DNA from: Candidatus Bathyarchaeota archaeon
GTDB taxonomy: Archaea; Thermoproteota; Bathyarchaeia; TCS64
Length of the DNA: 64,000 nt
Assembly: GCA_963771885.1 (NCBI GenBank)
Contig: CAVYVF010000023.1
Coordinates: 704,001 to 768,000 of the forward strand
Direction: 5' to 3'
Shown: positions 8,789 through 18,864 of the stretch, piece by piece
Position numbering within the stretch: the first letter of the stretch is position 1
Layout of the letters: each line of letters starts with the position of its first letter
Program-made: the position numbers and the translations under genes
The notes under the pieces: model-generated
Told to the model about the DNA's origin: nothing
The model's database searches: none
The model's input: only the letters and a program-made list of their open reading frames with translations

Positions 8789-9619
8789 TCAAAGCTAGTG
8801 ATATCTCAGAAGATCAGGCTCGCCGTCAAGAACGGGCACGGCGCCGTTAGAATCAGGGTCGGGGACGTAACAATCGGCGGTGACCAACTCACCGTCATGG
8901 CAGGGCCATGCAGCGTCGAGGGCAGGGAGCAGCTGCTCGAAGCGGCCCGCGCCGTAAAGGCGGCTGGTGGTCATATTCTCCGCGGCGGCGCATTCAAGCC
9001 CCGCACCCTCCCCTACAGCTTCCAGGGGCTTGGCGAGGAGGGACTCAAGATGCTCTCCGAGGCCCGCGACGAGACGGGGCTCCCAGTCATCACCGAGGTT
9101 ATGGCCCCTGAAGACGTGGAGCTAGTCGCATCCTACGCCGACATCCTCCAGATCGGGGCGCGCAACATGCAGAACTTCACCCTCCTCAAGACAGTGGGGA
9201 AGTCGGAGAGGCCCGTGATGCTTAAGAGAGGAATGTCTGCAACCGTTGAGGAGTGGCTTGGATGCGCCGAGTACATCCTCAACGAGGGCAACCCCAACGT
9301 CATCCTCTGCGAGCGAGGCATACGCACATACGAGACAATCACGAGGAACACCCTCGACGTCTCAGCGGTGCCCGTGATCAAGCAGCTCAGCGACCTACCC
9401 GTCGTTGTTGACCCATCCCACGGCACGGGGATCAGGAGCCTCGTCGCTCCGATGGCGAAGGCTGGCGTAGCCGCTGGGGCGGACGGCCTCATCATAGAAG
9501 TACACCCCCACCCCGAGAAGGCGCTCAGCGACGGCGACCAAAGCCTCCACCCCGAAGAGTTCGCAGACCTCATGCGCGAGATCGCCCCAATCGCGGGCGC
9601 AGTCGGGAAAAGGATGTAG
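8786..9619 (+). CDS. aroF: DAHP synthase, type I-beta, without N-terminal regulatory domain
   Basis: [35 protein letters not shown] start at 8786 with GGAGG at 8773-8777. Confidence 0.95.
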   Translation: MSKLVISQKIRLAVKNGHGAVRIRVGDVTIGGDQLTVMAGPCSVEGREQLLEAARAVKAAGGHILRGGAFKPRTLPYSFQGLGEEGLKMLSEARDETGLPVITEVMAPEDVELVASYADILQIGARNMQNFTLLKTVGKSERPVMLKRGMSATVEEWLGCAEYILNEGNPNVILCERGIRTYETITRNTLDVSAVPVIKQLSDLPVVVDPSHGTGIRSLVAPMAKAGVAAGADGLIIEVHPHPEKALSDGDQSLHPEEFADLMREIAPIAGAVGKRM

Positions 9620-9622
9620 CCC

Positions 9623-10706
9623 ATGAGCCTTGAGTCCATGAGGGCCGCCACGGTCCGCCTAGGCGGGAGGGACTACCCTGTCCTAGCTGGTGCAGAGCTT
9701 CTGGACCGGCTAGGAGAAGCGATCGCCGAGTACATCCCCGGCGCCACGGGGTGCGTGCTGGTCACCTCGCCCCAGGTCGACGCCCTCTACGGGGTGCGCG
9801 CCATGACTTCCCTCGAATCCCTACACCCGGGCAAGGTCACGATCCCCGAGGGAGAGGAGGCGAAGACATGGGACGCCACGGGTGAATTACTCGGGTCACT
9901 CATCAGGCAAGGTCTCGACCGAAAAGGCGTGGTTGTCGCTCTCGGTGGCGGCTCCGTAGGCGACTCCGCCGGCTTCGCCGCATCCCTCTATATGAGGGGA
10001 ATACGTGTCGTCCAAGTACCCACGACGCTCCTCGGGCAGGTTGACAGCGGCGTCGGCGGCAAGACCGCCGTCAACCACCCCGCCGGCAAGAACCTCATAG
10101 GCACATTCCACCAGCCCAGCCTCGTCGCCTGCGACACTGGGCTACTCTCAACACTCCCGAGGCGTGAGCTGCTCTCTGGCCTCGCCGAGGTCGTTAAATA
10201 CGGCGTCATCGCGGACGCCAAGCTCTACGTAGGCGTCGAGACAGAGGCGGAGAAGCTGCTCAGCGCCGACCCCCAGGCGCTGCGATGGGTCGTGGCGCGA
10301 TGCGTCGCGGCGAAAGCCCGCCTAGTCGAATCCGACGAGCGGGACGAAAAGGGCGTCAGAGCAGCGCTAAACTACGGGCACACCATGGGACACGCGGTCG
10401 AGACACTCTCGGGGTACTCGATCCGCCACGGCGAGGCGGTGGCGATCGGCATGGTCGCCGCTTCGCGGGTCGCCATCGCACTCGGGCTGCTCAAGAAGCC
10501 CGACCTCGAACGACAGCTCATACTCCTCGAGAGGCTCGAGCTGCCACACGGAGTCGCCCTACGGCGTCGACGAGGTAATTCCCCTCATGAGGCGGGATAA
10601 GAAGGCGGAGCGTGGCTCGATACGCCTCGTCCTCCCGACGGGGATCGGCGGAGAGCCTGCTATCAGCACCGTCTCTGAGGTGGAGATACGGGGGGCGCTC
10701 GCCTAG
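9623..10706 (+). CDS. aroB: 3-dehydroquinate synthase, frameshifted near 10547 (sequence error or pseudogene)
   Basis: LGGGSVGD, PTTLLGQVDSGVGGK, LNYGHT, HGEAV; the conserved tail MRRDKK..GSIRLVLPTGIG continues in the +1 frame to TAG 10706, abutting the aroD ATG. Confidence 0.92.
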
Positions 10707-11369
10707 ATGGTCAGGATATGTGGCTCTGTCGCCGCAAGAACCACGGGTGCAGCCGTCGAGACGATTCGGGGGCTCGCGAAACCCGACATGGTCGAGCTAC
10801 GCCTCGACTATGCCGAGGAGCGGTTAGACCTCGACAGACTTAGGGAATCAACAAGTACTATACTCGTCGCCACGGCGAGGCTGCCCTCTCAGGGCGGGCG
10901 TTGGGCGGGGGGCGAGGGCGAGCGACAGAGGCTGCTTCTCTCCGCTGCTAAGGCGGGCTTCGACTACGTCGACGTCGAGGACGACTCAAAACAGATCGAG
11001 ACGCTCGTCGAGAAGCTACACGCCTCACGCGCCAGGGTCGTGGTCTCGCGCCACCTCCTCGATAGGACGCCGTACCTCGAAGAGATACTCGAAATGCACG
11101 GCGTGGCGGAGGAGGCGGGTGCCGACGTCGTCAAGATCGTCGGGACGGCATCGTGCCCCGCGGACAACCTGCCGTGCCTCAGCTACCTAGCTCAGAAGCC
11201 CGGCAACGTCAGCTTCGCGATGGGTTCTCACGGCGTTCCCTCTCGCGTACTTTCGCCGCTCATGGGTGGCGCGTGGACATACGCCTCCGCGAGTGAGGTC
11301 GTCGCACCGGGGCAGATGACACTCGAATCGCTGAGGGAGGCGTACCGCCTCATGGGGGCTGAGCCTTGA
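10707..11369 (+). CDS. aroD: Type I 3-dehydroquinate dehydratase
   Basis: VELRLD, TAR..QGG, VVVSRH, ADVVKIV, FAMG, APGQ. Confidence 0.93.
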   Translation: MVRICGSVAARTTGAAVETIRGLAKPDMVELRLDYAEERLDLDRLRESTSTILVATARLPSQGGRWAGGEGERQRLLLSAAKAGFDYVDVEDDSKQIETLVEKLHASRARVVVSRHLLDRTPYLEEILEMHGVAEEAGADVVKIVGTASCPADNLPCLSYLAQKPGNVSFAMGSHGVPSRVLSPLMGGAWTYASASEVVAPGQMTLESLREAYRLMGAEP

Positions 11370-12202
11370 AACGCCTCTTCCTCCTTGGCTACCCCGTGGC
11401 CCACTCACTGAGCCCCGCGATGCAGAACGCCGCATTGAAGGCGCTGGGGCTTAACTACGAGTATGGTCTCATGCCCGTGCACCCTGGGGGACTCGCTACA
11501 CGCGTAGGAGAACTCCGTAGCACGTCTGCAGGCTTCAACGTTACCATCCCACACAAGGTCGCGGTCATCCCTCTCCTTGACTGCCTCGACGAGTCTGCGT
11601 CGGCCGTCGGCGCCGTCAACACGGTCGTAAACCACTACGGCCGCCTCACGGGGTACAATACGGATTGCACAGCCTCAACAAGAGCACTCCGCGAGCGTAA
11701 CGGTGACCTTGGCGGCTCCCGCGTCGTCGTCCTCGGCGCCGGCGGAGCGGCCCGAGCTGTCTCAATGGGGCTTGCGCGGCACGTGGAATGGATTAGGATA
11801 CTCGCTAGGGACGAGGCGAAGGCCCGTGCACTTGCTGACGAGGTTCGCGCCCGGACGGGGGCAAATGTCGAGGGCGGAGGCATCGAAGACGCGGCGGAGG
11901 TCACGCGTGCCGCGGATATCCTAGTCAACGCGACGCCCGTCGGCATGTCACCGAACATAGGCGCCAGCCCAGTGGCTCCCGAGGCGCTCCATGGGGGGCT
12001 CCTCGTCTTCGATCTCGTCTACAATCCCGAGAAGACCCAACTTCTCGCCGACGCCGAGAGGGCGGGGGCGCACATTATCGGGGGGTTGCCTATGCTCGTC
12101 TACCAGGGGGCGGAGGCGTTACGCCTCTGGACCGGGATGGAGGCGCCCGAGGCGCTCATGATGGAGGCGGCGAGGCGCGCCATCGGAGGTGCGGCGACTT
12201 GA
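11366..12202 (+). CDS. aroE: Shikimate dehydrogenase
   Basis: HSLSP, NVTIPHK, GAVNT, YNTD, GAGGAA, DLVYNP. Confidence 0.95.
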   Translation: MKRLFLLGYPVAHSLSPAMQNAALKALGLNYEYGLMPVHPGGLATRVGELRSTSAGFNVTIPHKVAVIPLLDCLDESASAVGAVNTVVNHYGRLTGYNTDCTASTRALRERNGDLGGSRVVVLGAGGAARAVSMGLARHVEWIRILARDEAKARALADEVRARTGANVEGGGIEDAAEVTRAADILVNATPVGMSPNIGASPVAPEALHGGLLVFDLVYNPEKTQLLADAERAGAHIIGGLPMLVYQGAEALRLWTGMEAPEALMMEAARRAIGGAAT

Positions 12203-12708
12203 ACGTCGTAGTATTCGGATTCATGGGCGTCGGCAAGACCACAGTCGGCAGACTGCTCTCCCCGCGCCTCGGTTACAGGTTCGTAGACTCCGACGCCGAG
12301 GCAGAGAGAGAGGCGGGGATGAGGATCGCCGAGGTCTTCGCCGAGAGGGGGGAACCCGCCTTCCGCGAGATAGAGCGACGAGTCATAACACGGCTTAGCC
12401 AAGACGACAAACAGGTGGTAGCCATCGGAGGCGGCGCCGTCCTCGACCCACGCAACGTCGAAGAACTCCGTAAAAACGGAAAGATGGTGCTCCTCACGGC
12501 TAGCCCCGAGGAGATCGGGCTGAGGACACGCGGGGACATCTCGAGACCCCTCCTCGCAGGCGCCGACAAGCTGACATGCATCCGGACACTCCTCGACGAG
12601 AGGCGGGACCGTTACCTCGCCGCGGCGGACATGGTAGTGGACACGAATGGCGTGCCGCCGATACGCGTCGCCGAGGCGATACAAGCCAGGCTGGAGGCAC
12701 ATCTATGA
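12199..12708 (+). CDS. aroK: Shikimate kinase, bacterial P-loop (NMP-kinase) type
   Basis: GFMGVGKTTVG, DSD, GEPAFRE, GGGAV, RPLL. Confidence 0.93.
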   Translation: MNVVVFGFMGVGKTTVGRLLSPRLGYRFVDSDAEAEREAGMRIAEVFAERGEPAFREIERRVITRLSQDDKQVVAIGGGAVLDPRNVEELRKNGKMVLLTASPEEIGLRTRGDISRPLLAGADKLTCIRTLLDERRDRYLAAADMVVDTNGVPPIRVAEAIQARLEAHL

Positions 12709-13964
12709 GTGTCAAGATACACCCCTCAACGGTGTCCGGCTCAGTCGCCGCCCCGCCCTCGAAGAGCATGACCCACCGCGCCTTCGTGCTCGCAGCGCTG
12801 GCTGATGGGAGGAGCATTATACGCAACCCGCTCACCGCCGACGACACCGAGGCCACCTCACGCGTGCTCGCGGGGCTCGGCGTGGAGACACACAGGGGCA
12901 GCGAGTGGGTTGTGGATGGTGGCCACCTCCACGCCCCCTCTGAAACACTTGACTGCGGCGAGTCCGGGACGACACTCCGCTTCATGGCGGCTGCCTGCGC
13001 CCTCGTCGACGGCAACTGTCAACTCGCCGGCGGCCCCTCACTCTCCTCGCGCCCCGTTGGTCCGTTGCTTGGCGCCCTCGAACAGATAGGCGTGCGCGGT
13101 GAAAGCCAAGGCGGATTGCCCCCAGTGACGATTAGGGGGACGGGGCACATCAGGGGAGGCGAAGCCCGGCTACCCGGAGACGTAAGCAGCCAGTTCGTCT
13201 CAGCGCTCCTAACCGTTGCCCCCCTCGCTGACGCCTCCGTGAAGATTACACTGACGACCCCGCTCGAGTCGCGCCCCTACGTGTCGATGACAGTGGACGC
13301 GATGCGCGCCTTCGGCGTCGAGGTTGAGCACACGCTGGACATGACGCGCCTGATGGCGCCTATAAGACCTTACAAGGCAACGACGGTCGTCGTCGAGGGG
13401 GACTGGTCGTCGGCATCCTACCCACTCGCAGCGGGAGCGATGGTTGGCGAAGCGAGGGTGACAGGGCTGAACCACGCGAGCTCGCAGGCCGACAAGGTGA
13501 TAATCACGATACTCGCGCAGATGGGCGTCGAAGTGAGAGCGCGCAGTGACTCAGTAACCGTAAGGTCGTCGAAGTTGAAGTGCATCGAGTCTGACCTCAG
13601 CGACTGCCCCGACCTATTCCCCGTCGTCTCCGCGCTCTGCGCCGCCTCCGAGGGTAAGAGCCGCCTCACAGGGCTCGGGCGGCTCCGGTTCAAGGAGTCG
13701 GACAGGGTCGCTGCGATGGCGGAGGGTCTCACGCGGATGGGTGCCAAGGTGAGCTACGATGCAGACTCAGCGACGATAATGGGCGGGAGGCTGCGTGGTG
13801 CAGAGGTCGACCCGTGGGGCGACCACAGGATAGCCATGTCCCTCGCCGTCCTTGCGCTGAGGGCGGAGGGAGAAACAATCATCAAAAACGCGGGGTGCGT
13901 CTCAAAGTCCTACCCGGGATTTTGGAGCGACCTCGCGGCACTGGGAGGAAGAGTAGAGCATTGA
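12705..13964 (+). CDS. aroA: EPSP synthase (3-phosphoshikimate 1-carboxyvinyltransferase)
   Basis: PPSKSMTHR, CGESGTTLRF, SSQFVS, KESDR, DHRIAM; start ATG 12705. Confidence 0.96.
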   Translation: MSVKIHPSTVSGSVAAPPSKSMTHRAFVLAALADGRSIIRNPLTADDTEATSRVLAGLGVETHRGSEWVVDGGHLHAPSETLDCGESGTTLRFMAAACALVDGNCQLAGGPSLSSRPVGPLLGALEQIGVRGESQGGLPPVTIRGTGHIRGGEARLPGDVSSQFVSALLTVAPLADASVKITLTTPLESRPYVSMTVDAMRAFGVEVEHTLDMTRLMAPIRPYKATTVVVEGDWSSASYPLAAGAMVGEARVTGLNHASSQADKVIITILAQMGVEVRARSDSVTVRSSKLKCIESDLSDCPDLFPVVSALCAASEGKSRLTGLGRLRFKESDRVAAMAEGLTRMGAKVSYDADSATIMGGRLRGAEVDPWGDHRIAMSLAVLALRAEGETIIKNAGCVSKSYPGFWSDLAALGGRVEH

Positions 13965-15052
13965 GCAACAGCATTGGAACCGTTTTCAGGGTTACAAGCG
14001 TCGGTGAGAGCCACGGTAAGTGCGTAGGCACCGTCATAGACGGGTGCCCCGCAGGGCTCAAGCTGGATTACGACGCGCTCGACCGCGAGATGGCAAGGAG
14101 ACGCCCAGGCGCCAGCGCGGTCACCACAAGCAGGAACGAGGAGGACGCCGTCGAAGTGCTCTCCGGCGTACACGAGGGGCATACCACCGGGGCGCCAATT
14201 CTCATGCTCACATGGAACCGCGACATCGACTCATCCAAGTACGACGCCATCAGGGATACGCCACGGCCAGGTCACGCCGACTACGCGACACGCGCCCGTT
14301 ACGGCGGATTCGCCGACCACCGCGGGGGCGGTAGGGCATCCGGTAGGATAACCGCAGGATTCGTCATGGCGGGCGCTGTCGCTAAGCAGCTCATCGCCAC
14401 GATAGGTGTTGAGGTGCACTCATACACGCGCGCCATAGGAGGCGTTGAAGCAACCGGCCCACTTGACTGGAGGGGCGCCGCGGGGAGCATAGTCCGCTGC
14501 CCAGACACCGCCTCTTCCACCAGGATGGTCGAGGTCATCGAGGAAGCGAGTCGCGGCGGCGACAGCGTCGGTGGTGAGGTGGAGTGCGTCGCAACTGGGC
14601 TCCCCGCGGGCGTCGGGCAGCCCGTCTTCGACACCATCGAGGGCGACATCGCCAAGGCCCTCTTCGCTGTCCCAGCCGTCAAGGCAGTCGAGTTCGGCGC
14701 AGGGTCACGTCTAGCTGCCATGAGAGGGAGCGAGGCGAACGACCCTTATGTGGTCGAGGGCGGGCGAGTCAACACCGCATCGAATAACTCGGGCGGCGTG
14801 CTCGGGGGGGTCACTAGCGGCGCACCCGTCGTCGTGCGCGCCTACTTCAAACCGACTCCAAGCATACCGCGTCCCCAGAGAACCGTCGACCTCGCATTGG
14901 TAAGGGAGGCCGAGATACGCATAGCGGGACGCCACGACCCATGCGTTGTCCCACGCGCCGTCCCCGTCGTCGAGGCGATGGTAGCCATCGTGCTCGCCGA
15001 CCAAGCCCTGAGGAGGGGCATCATACCACAGGTTCTAGGTGAGGGAGTATGA
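13961..15052 (+). CDS. aroC: Chorismate synthase
   Basis: GESHG, RRPG, RPGHAD, GGGRASGR, KPTPSI, GRHDPC; TTG start overlaps the aroA stop. Confidence 0.96.
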   Translation: MSNSIGTVFRVTSVGESHGKCVGTVIDGCPAGLKLDYDALDREMARRRPGASAVTTSRNEEDAVEVLSGVHEGHTTGAPILMLTWNRDIDSSKYDAIRDTPRPGHADYATRARYGGFADHRGGGRASGRITAGFVMAGAVAKQLIATIGVEVHSYTRAIGGVEATGPLDWRGAAGSIVRCPDTASSTRMVEVIEEASRGGDSVGGEVECVATGLPAGVGQPVFDTIEGDIAKALFAVPAVKAVEFGAGSRLAAMRGSEANDPYVVEGGRVNTASNNSGGVLGGVTSGAPVVVRAYFKPTPSIPRPQRTVDLALVREAEIRIAGRHDPCVVPRAVPVVEAMVAIVLADQALRRGIIPQVLGEGV

Positions 15053-15321
15053 CGTACGAGGAAAAGATCGCACCCCACAGGAAAGAGATAGACCGGCTCA
15101 ACGCCGAGATAATCGACAGGCTCGCCAAGCGCGTCGAGGTCGCGAGGGCCATCGCAGAGGTGAAGAGGCGCCACGGGAGACCTGTTGTCGACGCAGCTCG
15201 CGAGCGCATAGTACTGGATCAGGCTAGGGCGAGAGCCGCTGAGAGGGGACTCGACCCCGATGGCGCCGAGCGCGTCTTCCGCGCCATTATCGACGTGTGC
15301 GTCGAGGCGGAGGAACATTGA
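15049..15321 (+). CDS. Chorismate mutase (AroQ class)
   Basis: RKEIDRLNAEIIDRLAKR...K...PVVDAARE. Confidence 0.9.
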   Translation: MTYEEKIAPHRKEIDRLNAEIIDRLAKRVEVARAIAEVKRRHGRPVVDAARERIVLDQARARAAERGLDPDGAERVFRAIIDVCVEAEEH

Positions 15322-16130
15322 TGAGGATCGCCTATCAAGGCGTCCCCGGCGCCTACAGCGAGGCGGCTATAATCCAGCACTGGGGCTTATCCGCCGAGCC
15401 CGTTCCCAGGCCCTACTTGGAGGATATATTCTCTATCGTCGAGTCCGGGGAGGTCGACGCCGGGTTAGTCCCGGTCGAGAACACCCTTGAGGGCAGCATA
15501 ACCAGGACATACGACCTTCTTAACGAGCGTAGCCTCACGGTGCTCGGTGAAACCGTGTTCCGAGTAGTCCACTGCCTCATAGCGAACCCGGGGGTCAAAC
15601 CCGGAGACGTGAGGCGGGTCTACTCCCACCCCCAAGCCCTCGGGCAGGTGCGTGGCTACCTCGCCGCACACGGCTACGAGGCGGTCAACTACTATGACAC
15701 CGCCGGCGCCGTGAAGATGATCCGTGACGAGGGGCTGAGTGACGCCGCTGCAATAGCAAGCAGAAGTGCCGCCAAGATATACGGTGCGAACATCCTCGCC
15801 GAGGGCGTCGAGGATAAGAACGAGAACTATACCCGCTTCCTCCACGTGGGACGCGGCTCCACCGAGCCGACGGGGCGAGACAAGACGAGCCTCGCATTCA
15901 CCGTAGACCATAGACCAGGCACACTCATAGCCGCGCTGCGCGCCTTCGCCGACAGGGACCTCAACCTCACCAAGATAGAGTCGCGCCCCTACCCCGGGAG
16001 GCCATGGGAATACTTCTTCTTCATAGACTTCGAGGGGCACATCGGTGACTCAGTCAGCGAGGAGGCGCTCAGCGAACTGGCGGATTACGCGGGCAGTCTC
16101 AAGGTCCTCGGCTCCTACCCTCGCGCATAG
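15321..16130 (+). CDS. pheA: Prephenate dehydratase with ACT domain
   Basis: AYQGVPGAYSE, PVENTLEG, SHPQA, NYTRF, LTKIESRP, LGSYP. Confidence 0.95.
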   Translation: MRIAYQGVPGAYSEAAIIQHWGLSAEPVPRPYLEDIFSIVESGEVDAGLVPVENTLEGSITRTYDLLNERSLTVLGETVFRVVHCLIANPGVKPGDVRRVYSHPQALGQVRGYLAAHGYEAVNYYDTAGAVKMIRDEGLSDAAAIASRSAAKIYGANILAEGVEDKNENYTRFLHVGRGSTEPTGRDKTSLAFTVDHRPGTLIAALRAFADRDLNLTKIESRPYPGRPWEYFFFIDFEGHIGDSVSEEALSELADYAGSLKVLGSYPRA

Positions 16131-16190
16131 GCAGCAGGGCCTGCCCTCAAGGCAGAAATATGCTCCATCAGGGATACAATCGGACACGTC

Positions 16191-17006
16191 TTGAAGGCTG
16201 CGGTCGTAGGCGCGAAGGGGGGCATGGGCGGCTGGCTAGTACACCACCTCGCAACCCTAGGCCACGAAGTCGCCGCGGTCGACACACGCACCGATCCACT
16301 CGAACAGCTCCACGGGTTCGACCTTGTCGTCGTGTCTGTGCCGATCAGCGCGACGCCCGGCGTCATCCGTGTTGTTGCCACGAAGATGAGGCGCGGCACG
16401 ATCCTTGCCGAGGTGGCCAGCCTCAAGGAAGAAAGCCACAAGGCACTCTCCATCGTGTCATGCTTAGGGCTCACGCCCCTCTGTATTCACCCCATATTCG
16501 GGCCATCGACGGATTCTCTCAGTGGTAGGGTGGTCGCGGTTGTCCCCGTTGTTGACGCCGAAGAGGAGGCAGGATTGGCCCGGTCGCTTTTCCCCGGCGC
16601 CGATGTCGTCACGCTCCCCGCGGCTCGCCACGACCGTTGCATGGCCGCCGTTCTCTCCCTCCCCTACGCTGTCAACCTCGCCCTCTCCCGCGTCCTCGGA
16701 GGCGAGGACCTAAAACTCGCATCACAGATGGCGGGCTCCACATTCGCAGTGCAGTACACGCTCGCCCAGAGCGTCGCGGGGGAGAGCCCCACACTTACAC
16801 GCGACCTACTTAGCTGTAACGCCTCGCTTGTGCCGCTTCTGAGGGCGTTCGAGGATGCCCTGGGGGATGTTGTCTGGGCGTCGGGTGACGATGCTCGGTT
16901 CTCCTCACTCCACACCGAGATCATAGATGTGCTATCCCGAGACCATTCCTTCGCGGGGGCGAATGGGCGCAGGCAGCGTGCCCATATGGCGGTCGCTGGT
17001 GCCTAG
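16191..17006 (+). CDS. tyrA: Prephenate/arogenate dehydrogenase
   Basis: Rossmann GAKGGMG, EVASLK, IHPIFGP, HDRCMA. Confidence 0.85.
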   Translation: MKAAVVGAKGGMGGWLVHHLATLGHEVAAVDTRTDPLEQLHGFDLVVVSVPISATPGVIRVVATKMRRGTILAEVASLKEESHKALSIVSCLGLTPLCIHPIFGPSTDSLSGRVVAVVPVVDAEEEAGLARSLFPGADVVTLPAARHDRCMAAVLSLPYAVNLALSRVLGGEDLKLASQMAGSTFAVQYTLAQSVAGESPTLTRDLLSCNASLVPLLRAFEDALGDVVWASGDDARFSSLHTEIIDVLSRDHSFAGANGRRQRAHMAVAGA

Positions 17007-17037
17007 ATTCTTAAACAGACGCAGCCCATCATCAGCC

Positions 17038-17988
17038 ATGATCACGATAGGCGACGTCTACGCGGCGCGCCGTAGGATGGGGCGCTGGGTCAGGCACACT
17101 CCCTTCGAGAGATCCCCTCTCCTCGGTGGCATAATTGGGGGTGAGGTCTGGCTCAAGCTCGAGAACAGGCAGCTCACCGGCTCATTCAAGATAAGGGGCG
17201 CATCGAATAGGATCGCCCTCCTCTCCGAGGACGAGCGGAGTCGGGGCGTCGTCGCCGCATCCTCGGGGAACCACGCGCAGGGCGTCGCCTACGCGGCGAG
17301 AGAACTCGGCGTGAAGGCCGCCATAGTCGTGCCTGGCAACACTCCTAACGTCAAGAGGGACGCGATAAAGGCGCTGGGTGCCGACCTTACAGTCCACGGC
17401 GACGAGTACATGGAGGCGGAGCGCCTCGCCCAGAAGATGGGCGTCGAGCGGGGCATGCCCTTCCTCAGTCCCTACAATGACGCCGACCTCATAGCGGGGC
17501 AAGGCACCGTCGGGCTGGAGATGGTCGAAGACGGCCCCGAGCTGGACGCCGTGCTCGTGCCCGTCAGCGGGGGTGGCCTCATCTCCGGCGTCGCCACGGT
17601 CATCAAAGGCGCCTCGAAGGCAGAGGTAATAGGCATCCAGACCGAGGCGAGCCCCGTCATGCACGCCAGCATAAAAGCGGGCAAGATCGTCGACATCCCC
17701 ATGTACGACACAGTCGCTGAGGGGCTCCACGGCGGTATCGAGCAGGGCAGTGTCACCTTCCCCATCTGCCAGAGACTTGTAGACGACTGGATAGATGTCA
17801 AGGAGGCGACCATCGTCGAGGCGCTCCAACTCATGCTGGTGCGACACCACGAGGTCATCGAGGGAAGCGGGGCCGTCGGCATCGCCGCGCTGATGGAGAA
17901 CCCCAAGCGTTTCAAGAACAAAAGCATCGGCGTCGTCATAAGCGGCGGAAACATCGACGAGGAACTCCTCCGCCGGTTGGTTCAATAG
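17038..17988 (+). CDS. Threonine/serine dehydratase (PLP-dependent, no regulatory domain)
   Basis: KLENRQLTGSFKIRGA, SSGNHAQG, SGGGL, ISGGN. Confidence 0.92.
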   Translation: MITIGDVYAARRRMGRWVRHTPFERSPLLGGIIGGEVWLKLENRQLTGSFKIRGASNRIALLSEDERSRGVVAASSGNHAQGVAYAARELGVKAAIVVPGNTPNVKRDAIKALGADLTVHGDEYMEAERLAQKMGVERGMPFLSPYNDADLIAGQGTVGLEMVEDGPELDAVLVPVSGGGLISGVATVIKGASKAEVIGIQTEASPVMHASIKAGKIVDIPMYDTVAEGLHGGIEQGSVTFPICQRLVDDWIDVKEATIVEALQLMLVRHHEVIEGSGAVGIAALMENPKRFKNKSIGVVISGGNIDEELLRRLVQ

Positions 17989-18029
17989 ATTTATACACGA
18001 CGCGCCTCCGCCCCCTATTGGGACCAGCA

Positions 18030-18218
18030 ATGCCACTCTGCGAAATATGCGGGATGGACGCGCAGGAGCTCCACGACTGCAAGGAGTGCGACGCCAAGTA
18101 CTGCTCCGAATGCGGCGACACCAAGAAGGGCCTCTGCTACGACTGCCTCGGCTGGAACGACGAAGAGATAGACGAAGAGTACAGCGAGGAGGAGTGGCAG
18201 CAGGACGACCTCAACTAG
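18030..18218 (+). CDS. Small 8-Cys zinc-finger protein with acidic tail
   Basis: CxxC-x9-CxxC-x4-CxxC-x7-CxxC, then DEEIDEEYSEEEW; TTTATA box upstream. Confidence 0.8.
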   Translation: MPLCEICGMDAQELHDCKECDAKYCSECGDTKKGLCYDCLGWNDEEIDEEYSEEEWQQDDLN

Positions 18219-18258
18219 CCCACTCACCTTTTAAGACAAGCAAAGTGAATGATAGGCA

Positions 18259-18864
18259 ATGGCAGCGGGGGAGAAACGGGTCCACCTCGGCTACTCCGAG
18301 GCCTTCAGACTCGGCTACAACCAGTTAGTAAGGCGGCTAGATCGCTCCATGCTAAACGTAGCCTCGATCGCCCTCGGGCTTAGCTTCTACGCGAGCCTCC
18401 TGCTCACGGACGCCTTCTACCGCGCATACACGGCCCTCGGCGGCGCCAGCCTCAGCGTCGACGCGACCTACTACTGGCTCGTCGCTATAGCCCTCGCCGT
18501 TAGCATCGTCGGCATCACCAACGCGATGCTCATCAGCGTACAGGAAAGAGTCAAGGAGATCGGCACTATGAAGTGCCTCGGCGCGATGAACAGGCACATT
18601 ACACTTCTCTTTCTCGTCGAGGCACTGCTGCAAGGCGTCATCGGCGGCGTCATCGGCTTCTTCGGGGGAGTAGTAGCTGCGCTCCTCACGACGGGCGGCA
18701 CGACGGGCTACAACATTATTCTACGCGTTCCCCTCTCGGAGACGCTGACCCTCCTCGTTACGAGCCTCGCCCTCGCAGTGGGGCTGAGCGTCGCCGCGAC
18801 CATCTACCCTGCCTACAGGGCGTCCCGGCTCGACCCGGTGGTGGCACTACGATATGAGCTTTGA
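18259..18864 (+). CDS. Short FtsX/LolE-type ABC permease
   Basis: NAMLISVQERVKEIGTMKCLGA and PAYRASRLDPVVALR. Confidence 0.9.
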   Translation: MAAGEKRVHLGYSEAFRLGYNQLVRRLDRSMLNVASIALGLSFYASLLLTDAFYRAYTALGGASLSVDATYYWLVAIALAVSIVGITNAMLISVQERVKEIGTMKCLGAMNRHITLLFLVEALLQGVIGGVIGFFGGVVAALLTTGGTTGYNIILRVPLSETLTLLVTSLALAVGLSVAATIYPAYRASRLDPVVALRYEL

